Shown: positions 44,498-54,811 of the stretch, in pieces
Numbering within the stretch: position 1 is the first letter of the stretch
Layout: the number at the start of each line of letters is the position of its first letter
Assembly (NCBI GenBank): GCA_043820815.1
Contig: JBDRDJ010000005.1
Coordinates: 1,313 to 65,312 of the forward strand
DNA: 64,000 bases
Direction: 5' to 3'
From: Candidatus Omnitrophota bacterium
GTDB taxonomy: Bacteria; Omnitrophota; Gorgyraeia; Duberdicusellales; 4484-171
Program-made: the position numbers and the translations under genes
Notes under the pieces: generated by a model
Told to the model about the DNA's origin: nothing
The model's input: the letters and a program-made list of their open reading frames with translations, nothing else
Database searches by the model: none

Positions 44498-45547
44498 TCA
44501 AAGGTTTTCAAACTCCATAACATTTTTTACTTTACTAATTGCAGCTTCACGGCTGATAATTCCCTTACGATACATATTCTTAAGGCATTTATCCATGGTG
44601 TGCATGCCGTATTGAGCTCCCATTTGAATTAAAGAAGGGATTTGGGCAACTTCCCCTTCACGGATAAGATTGCGTATTCCGGGGGTAGCAACAAGGACTT
44701 CTGTAGCGAGAATCCTTCCTTTACCTTCGGATTTGGGCAGAAGAAGCTGGCTTAAAACACCTTGAAGGCAATCTGCAAGCTGAACACGGACCTGTTTTTG
44801 CTGGTGAGGAGGAAAAACATCTATGATCCTCTGCACTGTCTGGGGCGCATCGGGAGTGTGCAGGGTCGCAAAAACTAAATGGCCTGTCTCTGCTGCGGTT
44901 AATGTCGTGCCGATTGTCTCTAAATCACGCATCTCACCTACAACTATTACATCAGGATCCTGCCTGAGAGCCCTGCGTAAAGCCTCCGGAAACGAATGGG
45001 TATCTGAATAAACCTCTCTTTGCTTCATAACACTTCTCTTGTTGGTATGGTAAAACTCTATGGGATCTTCTATGGCGATAATTATTTCCTCTCTTTCCAT
45101 ATTTATAATGTCAAGCATCGCGGCTAAGGTTGTACTTTTTCCGACTCCCGTGGGCCCGGTTACAAGAACAAGGCCGTTAGGTTTGCGTAAAAGCTCATAA
45201 ATAATATCAGGTACTCCTAAATCATCAAGGCTCGGTATGATTGCAGGTATTCTGCGAAATGCAGACTCAACTGCTCCTTTTTGATAATGAACATTTATCC
45301 TAAACCTATCCATTTTGGGAAAAGAAAATGAAAAATCCAATTCTCTATCACGTTCGAATATCGCTTTTTGCTCATCATTTAATATGCTATATATTAACGC
45401 CTTGGTATCATCCGCAGTTAAAGTCGGCAAATCGGTAATGGTGAGCCTACCGTGTATGCGTAGAATTGGGGCACTATTAACAGTTATATGAAGGTCGCTG
45501 GCCTTTTTTTCCATTGTGATCTTAAGAAGCTCATTCATATTTATCAT
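44498..45547 (-). CDS. pilT: Type IV pilus retraction ATPase PilT
   Basis: ASDLHI, Walker A GPTGVGKSTT, IIVVGEMRD, and the TGHLVFATLHT His box. Confidence 0.85.
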   Translation of the reverse strand: MINMNELLKITMEKKASDLHITVNSAPILRIHGRLTITDLPTLTADDTKALIYSILNDEQKAIFERDRELDFSFSFPKMDRFRINVHYQKGAVESAFRRIPAIIPSLDDLGVPDIIYELLRKPNGLVLVTGPTGVGKSTTLAAMLDIINMEREEIIIAIEDPIEFYHTNKRSVMKQREVYSDTHSFPEALRRALRQDPDVIVVGEMRDLETIGTTLTAAETGHLVFATLHTPDAPQTVQRIIDVFPPHQQKQVRVQLADCLQGVLSQLLLPKSEGKGRILATEVLVATPGIRNLIREGEVAQIPSLIQMGAQYGMHTMDKCLKNMYRKGIISREAAISKVKNVMEFENL

Positions 45548-45584
45548 GCTGCACCTCCGTTTTGGATAAAGCCTTTATAATTTG

Positions 45585-46844
45585 CTACTTTCTTTTAATA
45601 AATAAACGTGGATCGGAAATCTTACCTCTTATAGCCGATGCGGCAACCGTTGCTGGTGACGCAAGAAAGATACTGCTTTTAACATTTCCCATCCTTGCCT
45701 TAAAATTTCTATTAGCTGTTGAGATTACGATATCACCATCAGCAGGAACGCCTTGATGCGTACCGACACAAGGTCCGCAACCGGGAGTAAGTAAGACTGC
45801 TCCCGCTTCAGCGAAAACTTTAATAAACCCTTTCTTGAGGGCCTGAAGGAAAATTTTGCCTGAAGCCGGAGCCACAAGCAATTTAACCTCAGGATGTACT
45901 TTCTTTCCTCTAATGATTTTAGCGGCTATCTCTAAATCCTCTAATCTTCCATTTGTGCAAGTTCCTATGAATGCTTCATCTATCTTTGTGCCTTGGACAT
46001 CCTCAATTGCCGTACCATTATCAACTTCATGAGGCTTGGCAACATAAGGGCCAAGATTTGTAATATCAAATTCAATAACTTTTGAGTAACGGCATTTCTT
46101 ACCGGGGTATACCGGTTTATATTTTTTTACTTTTAAAGACGAAAGATGCCTGAAAACCTTCTCGTCAGGTTTAATTATGCCGCATTTTGCCCCGCACTCA
46201 ATAGTCATGTTTGTAATGGTGCAGCGTGCGGCAAGCGACATATTATCGATAACTTCGCCTTCGAATTCAAGAGATTTATAGGTTGCGCCGTCTGAGCCCA
46301 AAACTGAAATAATATAGAGGATGATATCCTTGCTAAAAACTCCCGGCTGTAACTTCCCCTTTATGATTATCTTGTATGTTTCGGGAACCTTAAACCAATT
46401 CTTTCCGGTTACCAAGGCAACAGATAAATCCGTAGAGCCAACGCCAAAAGATGCGGCCCCTAAGGCACCGGCGGTAGAAGTATGTGAATCAGCACCCAGG
46501 ATAAGAGCTCCCGGAAAGGCAATCCCTTCTTCAATGATTAACTGGTGTGATATACCGCATCCCGCCTCGTAAAGCCGGCTTTTAGTTACGCGGGAAAAAT
46601 TGCGCATTTGAGAATGCACCCTTGAAACACCTACCGAGGGTGAAGGCGCACTGTGGTCAATGAAAAGGGCGTAATTTTTTGAAGAGTGAAGTTTACGATG
46701 GAATTGAGATAGGGCATCAATAACAAGCGAAGATGTGCCGTCCTGCGAAAAACAGAAATCAACCAGGCAGATAGCTACATCATTGGCTTGTAATCTTGAC
46801 TTCGCATGCCGAGAAAGTATTTTCTCTACTGTAGTTTGATTCAT
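45585..46844 (-). CDS. leuC: 3-isopropylmalate/homoaconitate dehydratase large subunit (aconitase family, archaeal-type)
   Basis: DHSAPSP, GADSHTSTAGALGA, FIGTCTNGRLEDL, and PGCGPCVG Fe-S cluster ligand motifs. Confidence 0.85.
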   Translation of the reverse strand: MNQTTVEKILSRHAKSRLQANDVAICLVDFCFSQDGTSSLVIDALSQFHRKLHSSKNYALFIDHSAPSPSVGVSRVHSQMRNFSRVTKSRLYEAGCGISHQLIIEEGIAFPGALILGADSHTSTAGALGAASFGVGSTDLSVALVTGKNWFKVPETYKIIIKGKLQPGVFSKDIILYIISVLGSDGATYKSLEFEGEVIDNMSLAARCTITNMTIECGAKCGIIKPDEKVFRHLSSLKVKKYKPVYPGKKCRYSKVIEFDITNLGPYVAKPHEVDNGTAIEDVQGTKIDEAFIGTCTNGRLEDLEIAAKIIRGKKVHPEVKLLVAPASGKIFLQALKKGFIKVFAEAGAVLLTPGCGPCVGTHQGVPADGDIVISTANRNFKARMGNVKSSIFLASPATVAASAIRGKISDPRLFIKRK

Positions 46845-47995
46845 CCAATGAACTTTTTAATTCTTTCAATGCCTTTTTCGATATTTTCTAAAGAGGCAGC
46901 AAAACTAAATCGAACAAATCCGCCGGCACCGAAAGAATCAGCAGGAATACATGAAACCATATGCTTCTCGAGAAGCTGCGAACAAAAATCAAAAGATGAC
47001 AAACCTGTACCTCTAATATCACAAAATAAATAAAACGTTCCCTCGGGTTTAAACGGACTGAGTTTATTTATACCTGACAAGCCCTGATATAAAAGATCTC
47101 TTCGCTCCTGGAAAATGCCTTTAATCTTGTTTTGCCAGGAATCGCCCTCTTTTAACGCACAAAGAGCAGCTTTCTGGGCAATCGAGCAAGCACATGATGT
47201 TGTGTGATCGATTATTTTAGAAATCTCATTAACCAGTTTTTCGTTTGCAGCGAGATAGCCAATTCTCCAGCCTGTCATTGAAAAAGATTTTGACATCCCG
47301 TTTACCGTGACAGTAAAATCTTTGGCTCCTGGAAGCGATGCAAAACTTGTATGCTTCTTCCCGTCGTAGATCAGTTTCTCATAAATTTCATCACTAAGAA
47401 CATATAGGTTATGTTTTTTCGCAATTTCACAAATATCTTTTAAATCTTCCTCCATAAGGGTTGAGCCTGTTGGATTGTTAGGATAATTTAAAATAAGGAG
47501 CTTACTTTTTGCGGTAATGTTTTTTTCTAAAACACCAGGGGTTAACTTAAAATTATTATCGGGTAAAGTCGGCAAAACTTTTAATTTGCCGCGTGCCAGC
47601 TTTACCATCTGAGGATAGCTGACCCAGTAAGGCGAAGGAAGAAGAACCTCTTCGCCGGGATTTATAAGGCAAAAAATGGCACAAAAAAGAGCATATTTAG
47701 CTCCTGTTGTAACAATTACATTATTGCTGTCGAAAGATATGTTATTTTCACTTCCAACCTTCTCTGCGATGGCCTGGCGCAACTCAATCAACCCCACAGA
47801 AGGGGTATACTTTGTAAAGCCTTCGTCTATAGCGGCCTTACCTGAGTTTTTTATAAAATCAGGAGTATCAAAATCAGGCTCGCCTGCGGCAAAATTAACA
47901 ACATCTTGACCCTGACTTTTTAACTTCTTGGTAAGAGAAGTTATCGCCAACGTTGCAGAAGGATCAAGTGATGCGACTGAAAGATTTACTTCCAT
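46841..47995 (-). CDS. Class I aminotransferase (aspartate aminotransferase-like)
   Basis: FAAGEPDFDTP, NYPNNPTG, and NGMSKSFSMTGWRIGY (PLP Lys). Confidence 0.8.
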   Translation of the reverse strand: MEVNLSVASLDPSATLAITSLTKKLKSQGQDVVNFAAGEPDFDTPDFIKNSGKAAIDEGFTKYTPSVGLIELRQAIAEKVGSENNISFDSNNVIVTTGAKYALFCAIFCLINPGEEVLLPSPYWVSYPQMVKLARGKLKVLPTLPDNNFKLTPGVLEKNITAKSKLLILNYPNNPTGSTLMEEDLKDICEIAKKHNLYVLSDEIYEKLIYDGKKHTSFASLPGAKDFTVTVNGMSKSFSMTGWRIGYLAANEKLVNEISKIIDHTTSCACSIAQKAALCALKEGDSWQNKIKGIFQERRDLLYQGLSGINKLSPFKPEGTFYLFCDIRGTGLSSFDFCSQLLEKHMVSCIPADSFGAGGFVRFSFAASLENIEKGIERIKKFIG

Positions 47996-48009
47996 ACAAG
48001 AAAGATAGC

Positions 48010-48510
48010 TTACGGAACTGGGTTATCTTTTTTAAAGGCTTTACGCATTCCAGAAAAGAAACCTTTTTTCTTAGGCTCTAAAGATGCCTGTACCGTTTCT
48101 TTAGCTTCCGGCTCCTTAACAGGCTTTCTTTTACTGCTTTTTTTATCTTTTAAATCTAACTTCGTAAGTTCAAACAAGGCATAAGTTGCTCCGTCGCCCT
48201 TTCGTTTACCCAGGCGGAACATTCTTGTGTAACCGCCGTTTATGTTTTTAAAACGCGGAGCAACATCTTTAAATAATCGCTTTGTTAATGCGTGGTCTCC
48301 GAGTATTCTATATGCACGGCGCCGGTTGCTGAGCGAATCATCTTTGCCAATGGTTATCAGCTTCTCTACCCAGCTGCGGGCAGCTTTCGCCTTAGCTTCG
48401 GTTGTTTTAATCCTTTCGTTTATAATTACCGCCCTTACCAATGAGTTACGCAAGGCGCGGCGCTGCGAGCGGGAACGTGATAACTTTGGGACCTTTTTCC
48501 TATGTCTCAT
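48010..48510 (-). CDS. rplQ: 50S ribosomal protein L17 (with basic C-terminal extension)
   Basis: MRHRKK..KLSR..SQRRALLRN-type N-terminus. Follows rpoA. Confidence 0.9.
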   Translation of the reverse strand: MRHRKKVPKLSRSRSQRRALRNSLVRAVIINERIKTTEAKAKAARSWVEKLITIGKDDSLSNRRRAYRILGDHALTKRLFKDVAPRFKNINGGYTRMFRLGKRKGDGATYALFELTKLDLKDKKSSKRKPVKEPEAKETVQASLEPKKKGFFSGMRKAFKKDNPVP

Positions 48511-49493
48511 ACTAACTCCATCTTATTCCTGTCTATTTTAATCCCAAGATTAAGGTTCATTGTCTTTAGAAGCTGTAATACTTCATTTAAGGACTTTTTA
48601 CCGAAGTTTCGATAAGAAAGCATAACTGCTTCTGATCTCTCAACAAGATCAGCCAAAGTTCTTATATTGGCTTCCCGTAAGCAATTTGCACTACGTACAG
48701 AAAGCTCTAATTCGGATATAGGAATTTTTAGCTTTTCGTAAAGCGATATTTCCTCACGTGAAAGTTCCTCTACCTCTTCCTCGGGTATCTCGCCTAAGGT
48801 AAAGAAAATTTCAAGATACTTGCTAAGCACCTTGGCTGAGTATATTAAAGCTTCCTTTGGTTCGATGCTTGAATTGGTATGTATTTCAAGAATAAGCCTG
48901 TCGTAATCGGTACGCTTACCCACCCGTGTATTCTCTACATTGAATGACACCCTTTTAACAGGAGTAAAAATAGAATCAACGGGAATTACACCGATAGGCA
49001 TATCCTCACGCTTATTGCCTTCCGCGGAAACAAAGCCTCTGCCCCTTCCTACTTCCATCTCGATATTAAATATAGATTTTTCTGAGGTTAAGGTTGCGAT
49101 AACTAAATCGGGATTAATAACTTCGATAGTTTCATCAGCAATTATATCTCTTGCTTTTACCTGCTTTTCTCCGGATTCTCTAATTGTGATCTTTTTGGGA
49201 GATTTAGAATAAGAACGCAGGATAATATTCTTAATATTAAGAATTATCTCAGGCACATCTTCAAATACCCCCTCAATAGTAGTAAATTCATGGGCTGCGT
49301 TCTCGAAATTAACTGAAGTTACTGCTGTGCCTTCTATTGATGACAGAAGGACTCTTCTTAAAGTATTGCCCAAAGTGACGCCGTAACCGCGCTCAAGAGG
49401 CTCGGCTATAACTTTACCATAATAAGGGCGATAGCTTTCCTGATCTACTGTTATGCGCTTAGGAAACTGGAAATCTCGCCAACTTATCCCCAT
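48507..49493 (-). CDS. rpoA: DNA-directed RNA polymerase alpha subunit
   Basis: GNTLRRVLLSSIEG motif, the C-terminal LELSVRSANCL domain, and conserved position. Confidence 0.95.
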   Translation of the reverse strand: MGISWRDFQFPKRITVDQESYRPYYGKVIAEPLERGYGVTLGNTLRRVLLSSIEGTAVTSVNFENAAHEFTTIEGVFEDVPEIILNIKNIILRSYSKSPKKITIRESGEKQVKARDIIADETIEVINPDLVIATLTSEKSIFNIEMEVGRGRGFVSAEGNKREDMPIGVIPVDSIFTPVKRVSFNVENTRVGKRTDYDRLILEIHTNSSIEPKEALIYSAKVLSKYLEIFFTLGEIPEEEVEELSREEISLYEKLKIPISELELSVRSANCLREANIRTLADLVERSEAVMLSYRNFGKKSLNEVLQLLKTMNLNLGIKIDRNKMELV

Positions 49494-49559
49494 AGATTGA
49501 ACCTCCTTTTAATTCTTTTTGAGAAAAGAAATCAATGCGCCTTTTTGGTGTTCACTGCC

Positions 49560-50192
49560 TCACTTAGAATACAACTCTACAATTAACTGTTCGTTAATGG
49601 CTATGGTTAAATCATCCTTCTGGGGCAAGCGCAAAACTGATATCTTAAGCTTATCCTTATCTATATTTATCCAAGAAGGAACGCTTCTTTCCTTTGTATT
49701 TATTTCAATATTTCCCTTTACATCGCTTATCATGCTCGTTTTGCCTTTAAGCTCAATAACCTGGCCCTCTTTAACGAAAAACGAAGGGATATTGACTCTT
49801 TTTGAATCAACAAAAACAAATCCGTGCAGGACAAGCTGCCTTGCCTGGCTTCTGGAAAGAGAAAAAAGAGATCTATACAGAACGTTATCTAACCGGCGTT
49901 CCAGTATTTGAACAAGCATTTTGCCGGTAACGCCTTTCGATTTAGATGCAAGCTTGAAAAACCTTTTAAACTGCCGATCTAAAACTCCGTAAATTCTTTT
50001 TACCTTCTGTTTTTCTCTTAACTGCTGCGCATAATAGGAAGTCTTTTTTGTCACACGCCTAACGTGCTGGCCCGGGCCACGCGGCCTTTTAACAAAAGCA
50101 CACTTTTCGGTATTACACCGAACACCCTTTAAAAACAGCTTGGCCCCTTCCCTTCTGCAAGCTTTACACTTTGACTCTAAAACTCGTGCCAT
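49560..50192 (-). CDS. rpsD: 30S ribosomal protein S4
   Basis: CKACRREG.KLFLKG.RC N-terminus and an S4 RNA-binding domain. Confidence 0.95.
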   Translation of the reverse strand: MARVLESKCKACRREGAKLFLKGVRCNTEKCAFVKRPRGPGQHVRRVTKKTSYYAQQLREKQKVKRIYGVLDRQFKRFFKLASKSKGVTGKMLVQILERRLDNVLYRSLFSLSRSQARQLVLHGFVFVDSKRVNIPSFFVKEGQVIELKGKTSMISDVKGNIEINTKERSVPSWINIDKDKLKISVLRLPQKDDLTIAINEQLIVELYSK

Positions 50193-50295
50193 TCATTCCT
50201 CCTGACAATTGTTTAATTTGCTAGGTTTAACTGTATCTAAAATATGTTTTTAATCACCGAACAATATTATTCTTTGGTGATTGGTTATTATACAA

Positions 50296-50688
50296 TTAGA
50301 CTCTTCTTTTCTTTCTCGGCCTGCAGCCGTTGTGAGGGGTAGGCGTTACGTCTTTTACTTTCTTAACAGTCAAACCCGCCGACTGAAGCGATCGTATAGC
50401 CGACTCTCTCCCCGGGCCAGGCCCCTTAACATAAACTTCAACTTCACTCAAGCCTATATCTTTAACTTTTTTTGCCGCGTCAAAGGATGCCATTTGGGCA
50501 GCATAAGGCGTTGATTTCTTTGTTCCTTTAAATCCGGCGGTTCCTGCTGAACCCCAAATCAAAGCATTGCCTGCTGAATCTGTTATTGTTATTATAGTAT
50601 TGTTAAAGGTTGCTTTTATATGCACAATCCCTGCCTTTGAGGTAAGCTGGACTTTCTTCTTCTTTTCTTTTCGTTTTTTCTTAGCCAT
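50296..50688 (-). CDS. rpsK: 30S ribosomal protein S11
   Basis: [18 protein letters not shown] and [16 protein letters not shown]. Confidence 0.95.
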   Translation of the reverse strand: MAKKKRKEKKKKVQLTSKAGIVHIKATFNNTIITITDSAGNALIWGSAGTAGFKGTKKSTPYAAQMASFDAAKKVKDIGLSEVEVYVKGPGPGRESAIRSLQSAGLTVKKVKDVTPTPHNGCRPRKKRRV

Positions 50689-50736
50689 ACTTTTGTTCTC
50701 CTATTAAAGATAAATTCGAATCTCGACCCAGAATCG

Positions 50737-51105
50737 TTATTTACGTATCCCGCCAACTCGCGGACGCGGCCCCTTGCGGGTCCGGGCATTGCATCTTGTA
50801 CGCTGCCCTCTGACCGGCAAGCCTTTTTTATGGCGCATACCGCGGTAAGAACCTATCTCAATCATCCTGCGTATATTTTGAGATATTTCGCGGCGGAGCT
50901 CCCCCTCAACTTTTATCCCTGTCTGAAGATGAGTGGCAATCTTAGAAACCTCTTCATCGGTTAACTCCGATGCCTTTCTTTCAGGGTCAATATTTGTCTC
51001 GCGAAGGATATCCATCACGTTTTTAGGGCCGATGCCGTAAATATAACAGAGAGAAACCTTTATCTTCTTGTTTTTTGGTATATCTACACCTAATAACCTT
51101 GGCAT
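50737..51105 (-). CDS. rpsM: 30S ribosomal protein S13
   Basis: MPRLLGVDIP and GSYRGMRHKKGLPVRGQRT. Confidence 0.95.
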   Translation of the reverse strand: MPRLLGVDIPKNKKIKVSLCYIYGIGPKNVMDILRETNIDPERKASELTDEEVSKIATHLQTGIKVEGELRREISQNIRRMIEIGSYRGMRHKKGLPVRGQRTRCNARTRKGPRPRVGGIRK

Positions 51106-51134
51106 TCTTTATCCTCCTTGCAATTCAAATGATA

Positions 51135-51248
51135 CTACCCCTGCCTTTGTTTATGCTTGGGATTTTTGCATATGACACGCACAACGCCTTTGCGCCTAAT
51201 CACTTTGCATTTATCACACATTCTTTTTACTGAAGACTTGACTTTCAT
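51135..51248 (-). CDS. rpmJ: 50S ribosomal protein L36 (37 aa, zinc-ribbon type)
   Basis: Hand translation gives [37 protein letters not shown]. Below the ORF-track length cutoff. In the canonical position between infA and rpsM. Confidence 0.9.
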   Translation of the reverse strand: MKVKSSVKRMCDKCKVIRRKGVVRVICKNPKHKQRQG

Positions 51249-51251
51249 AAT

Positions 51252-51470
51252 TTATTTATACCTGTATGTTATCCTTCCTCTGGTTAAATCATACGGAGAA
51301 AGTTCAAGCTTAACCTTGTCTCCGGGAAGTATTCTTATAAAATACATACGCATCTTACCTGCTACATGCGCTAAAACTAAATGCCCGTTTTCTAACTTCA
51401 CCCTGAACATTGCATTAGGCAATGCCTCAACGATTTCACCCTCTACTTGTATTAATTCTTCTTTTGCCAT
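51252..51470 (-). CDS. infA: Translation initiation factor IF-1
   Basis: 72 aa with [21 protein letters not shown] and [15 protein letters not shown]. Confidence 0.95.
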   Translation of the reverse strand: MAKEELIQVEGEIVEALPNAMFRVKLENGHLVLAHVAGKMRMYFIRILPGDKVKLELSPYDLTRGRITYRYK

Positions 51471-51477
51471 AACTAAA

Positions 51478-52218
51478 TCAATTAGTCATTATCCACGGGC
51501 CTTTTTTCGTAATCGCAACAGTATGTTCAAAATGACAGGACAAAGAATGGTCTCTGGTTTTCGCTGTCCAACCGTCAGAAAGCACATCAACCTCAAAAGT
51601 TCCCGATGCTATCATGGGTTCTATTGCAATTACCATACCTTGCTCAAGTTTATCTCCTTCATTTCTTACCCCGAAATTAGGAATCTCGGGGTGCGAATGA
51701 AGCTGCCTGCCTATCCCGTGGCCTACGAACTTGCGAATCACAGAAAAACCGTGCTTTTCCGTGAAATTCTGAATTGCGAATCCTATATTGCCAACGTGAG
51801 CGCCTGCGCGCGCCTGCTTTATACCCTGATAAAGGGCTTTAAGTGTAACGTTTATAAGTTTACACCCCAATTTTGATATTTTGCCTACATGGTATGTGCG
51901 GGCACAATCAACATATATGCCATTGCACCGTATTCCTAAATCAACACTGACGAGATCACCGCTTTTTATTATTTTTCTATCAGAAGGAATACCATGGATT
52001 ATTTCATCATTGACTGAAACACACAAAGAAGCCGGATACCCCATAAAACCTTTAAAAGCAGGCTCCATACCGGGGTAAACCTTTAAAACGTTATCAAAAT
52101 AGTTTTCAATGTCTTTTGTTGAAATCCCCGGTTTTAAAATATACCTGATTCTTCTAAGTATATGCGCAGCGACCTTACCGGTTTTTCTCATAGCGATAAG
52201 TTCGCTTTCTTTTAACAT
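51478..52218 (-). CDS. map: Type I methionine aminopeptidase
   Basis: Metal-ligand motifs DLVSVD, GHGIG, IEPM and EHTV. Confidence 0.9.
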   Translation of the reverse strand: MLKESELIAMRKTGKVAAHILRRIRYILKPGISTKDIENYFDNVLKVYPGMEPAFKGFMGYPASLCVSVNDEIIHGIPSDRKIIKSGDLVSVDLGIRCNGIYVDCARTYHVGKISKLGCKLINVTLKALYQGIKQARAGAHVGNIGFAIQNFTEKHGFSVIRKFVGHGIGRQLHSHPEIPNFGVRNEGDKLEQGMVIAIEPMIASGTFEVDVLSDGWTAKTRDHSLSCHFEHTVAITKKGPWIMTN

Positions 52219-52265
52219 CTGTAATAGCTTTGCAGTGATTTTAACCGTTATACATCAGTTGCGAT

Positions 52266-52934
52266 TCAGGCGCAGCTATCCGGTAAGCGACTGCTGCTAT
52301 CAACGGGTAAAATCGCTTTTTTTATGCGTTTAGCAACATCATCTTTTTGGCCCCGCCCGTCAACGCAAACAAGTTTTTGTTTATCTTTATAGAAATCCAA
52401 CACCTGCTTACTTTGCGCAGAAAATACTTCCAGCCGTTTTCGTATAACCTCCGGACTATCATCTTTTCTCTGCTTAAGACGCATTCGGCATAAATCACAC
52501 ACCCCGGCCTCGCGCGGAGGATTATTAACGAGATGATATATAGCCGAACAATTTTCGCACACAAGCCTTTTTGTCAAACGGCCAATTACTGTTTCATCGT
52601 CAACCTTAAGATAGATAAAGGCATCAATATCAATCCCTTTCTCCTGCAGCATTTCATCAAGCATTTTAGCCTGGGCTATGGTTCTGGGGTAACCGTCAAG
52701 TACAAAACCATCGCTTTTAAGTTTAGATTTTATTATTTCTGAAACTAAATCGTCGGGTGCAAGCAACCCATTATCCATGTAGCTATTTAGCTTAAGGCCA
52801 AGGGGAGTTTCCGCCTTGGATTCGTCGCGCAGTAAATCACCCAATGATATTTTTTTTATGCCGAAATACTTGCTGAAAAGTTCAACATGCGTGCCTTTAC
52901 CTGAACCGGGTGCACCGAAAAAAATAAGCCTCAT
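52266..52934 (-). CDS. adk: Adenylate kinase (zinc-lid type); start re-set to MRLIFFG
   Basis: P-loop GAPGSGKGT, LDGYPRT, and lid CENC...CDLC. Confidence 0.9.
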   Translation of the reverse strand: MRLIFFGAPGSGKGTHVELFSKYFGIKKISLGDLLRDESKAETPLGLKLNSYMDNGLLAPDDLVSEIIKSKLKSDGFVLDGYPRTIAQAKMLDEMLQEKGIDIDAFIYLKVDDETVIGRLTKRLVCENCSAIYHLVNNPPREAGVCDLCRMRLKQRKDDSPEVIRKRLEVFSAQSKQVLDFYKDKQKLVCVDGRGQKDDVAKRIKKAILPVDSSSRLPDSCA

Positions 52935-52984
52935 GATAAATCTATCCTGTGGCAAGAATTCACTTTTAACTCACTTGCTAAATT

Positions 52985-54325
52985 CTACCTTCTTGATTTA
53001 AGAGATCCCCCTTTTATAAAACCGTCGTAATGGCGAAGAAGCAATTGGCCTTCAATCTGCTTCATAGTATCAAGCACAACACCGACCATTATCAACAAAG
53101 TTGTCCCTCCAAAAAGACTGGCAAGGCCGTAAGAAGGGACTTTAAATAAACCCATAACTATATTTGGAAAGATAGCAATCGCTGATATATAAACTGCCCC
53201 TACGAAAACAATCCTGGTTGCTACATAGTCTAAGTAGTCGGCTGTAGGCCTTCCCGGCCTTATACCGGGCACAAAACCCCCATATTTCTTAAGATTGTTA
53301 GAAATTTCAATCGGATTAAATTGAATTGCCGTATAGAAATACATGAAAAACATGATCAATCCGGCAAAAATTAGATTATACGGCCAGCCTCTCTCCTGTA
53401 ATAGAAATTGTAATTTGTTAAAAATCCATAATTTTTTCGGCATGAAAGCAGCCAGTGTCGCCGGAAAAAGTATAACACTATTAGCAAAAATTATTGCAAT
53501 AACACCGGCCATATCTACCCTTATAGGAAGATAAGTGCTCTGGCCTCCATAAACTTTTCTTCCCACAATGCGCTTTCCGTACTGGACAGGGATACGGCGC
53601 TGTGCCTGGGTAAATAAAACAACCGCAACAACAACAAGAAACCAAACAATAATAAGACTTATTAGTTTAGGAACGGCAATTTGGCCTTCTTTATAAAGTG
53701 TAGCCATCTGAATCACAGAAGAAGGGATCCTTGACATAATACTTGCGGTAATAATCAGGGATATGCCGTTTCCGATTCCCCGTTCCTGAATCTGTTCGCC
53801 GAGCCACATTATAAAGACCGTGCCCCCTGTTAAGGTAAGCACAGTGATCAGAGTAAAGAATACCCCCGGCTCAGGAACAATTACTTTTTGGTTAAAATTA
53901 TTAGGATTCGATAACCAAAAAGATAAAAAAGCCCCCTGCACAGTACAGAGGACAAATGTAAGGTAACGTGTGAGTTGGTTGATTTTTTCATAACCGGCTC
54001 TACCCTCCCGAGCCAGCCTTTCAAGTGCCGGTATAACCGCTGTCAAAAGCTGCATTATTATTGATGCTGAAATATAAGGCATAATGCCTAAGGCAAAAAT
54101 ACTTAATCGCGTTAAAGCTCCTCCGGTAAAAAGATTTAGCATTCCCAGAAGAGTCTGGCCCTGGTTTTTTGCCATTTCAGCGAAGAATTTAGAAAGAGCG
54201 GAGGTATCAATCCCGGGAGTAGGTATAAAACATCCTGCTCTATAAACTATAAGGAGAGAAAGAGTTATAAGTATCTTCTTTTTTAAATCGGGTATCTTAA
54301 AAATATTCCTTACCTTTTCCAGCAT
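52985..54325 (-). CDS. secY: Preprotein translocase subunit SecY
   Basis: Ten TM helices, with ALGIMPYISASII and GISLII motifs. Conserved position. Confidence 0.95.
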   Translation of the reverse strand: MLEKVRNIFKIPDLKKKILITLSLLIVYRAGCFIPTPGIDTSALSKFFAEMAKNQGQTLLGMLNLFTGGALTRLSIFALGIMPYISASIIMQLLTAVIPALERLAREGRAGYEKINQLTRYLTFVLCTVQGAFLSFWLSNPNNFNQKVIVPEPGVFFTLITVLTLTGGTVFIMWLGEQIQERGIGNGISLIITASIMSRIPSSVIQMATLYKEGQIAVPKLISLIIVWFLVVVAVVLFTQAQRRIPVQYGKRIVGRKVYGGQSTYLPIRVDMAGVIAIIFANSVILFPATLAAFMPKKLWIFNKLQFLLQERGWPYNLIFAGLIMFFMYFYTAIQFNPIEISNNLKKYGGFVPGIRPGRPTADYLDYVATRIVFVGAVYISAIAIFPNIVMGLFKVPSYGLASLFGGTTLLIMVGVVLDTMKQIEGQLLLRHYDGFIKGGSLKSRR

Positions 54326-54344
54326 AATAAATTAACTTATGAAA

Positions 54345-54809
54345 TTATTTTTTAGAGGGGCTTAATTGTTCAACTTTTCCGCCTGAACCCTCAATAATCT
54401 CTTTTGCCTTTAAAGACATCTTATCCACTTTAAAAACTGCACGAACACCAAACTCCCCTTTAACCGAAGCTAATATTTTGACGGGCTTTTTCAATGTCTT
54501 AATTAAGCCTGCATCAAGCAATACTTGAGGGTTAACCTCCTTAGCACTTGCCAATTTTAGATTGATATCTTTGAGATTAACAATGGAAAAGTCTTTTCTA
54601 TTGCAAGGATTAAAGCCGCGCTTGGGAATCCTTCTAAATAAAGGAAGGTTCCCTCCGCAAAATCCCGCATAAGGAAGTTTTTTGCCGGCTCTTTGGCCGG
54701 CACCCTTATTGCCCCGGGAACTTGTTTTTCCCCTGCCGCTGCCCGTACCTCTGCCAACACGTTTTACCTTCTTAAATTTAAATGATTTTGATATTTGTAT
54801 TTTTTCCAT
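54345..54809 (-). CDS. rplO: 50S ribosomal protein L15
   Basis: GRGTGSGRGKTSSRGNKGAGQR. Confidence 0.95.
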   Translation of the reverse strand: MEKIQISKSFKFKKVKRVGRGTGSGRGKTSSRGNKGAGQRAGKKLPYAGFCGGNLPLFRRIPKRGFNPCNRKDFSIVNLKDINLKLASAKEVNPQVLLDAGLIKTLKKPVKILASVKGEFGVRAVFKVDKMSLKAKEIIEGSGGKVEQLSPSKK

Positions 54810-54811
54810 TT

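Noticed and set aside
51157-51876. 239-aa plus-strand ORF, the longest non-annotated ORF in the ribosomal region.
   Set aside because: It lies entirely antisense to the strongly conserved rpmJ, infA and map genes. It has low-complexity composition, no RBS and no recognisable motif, so it is a shadow ORF.
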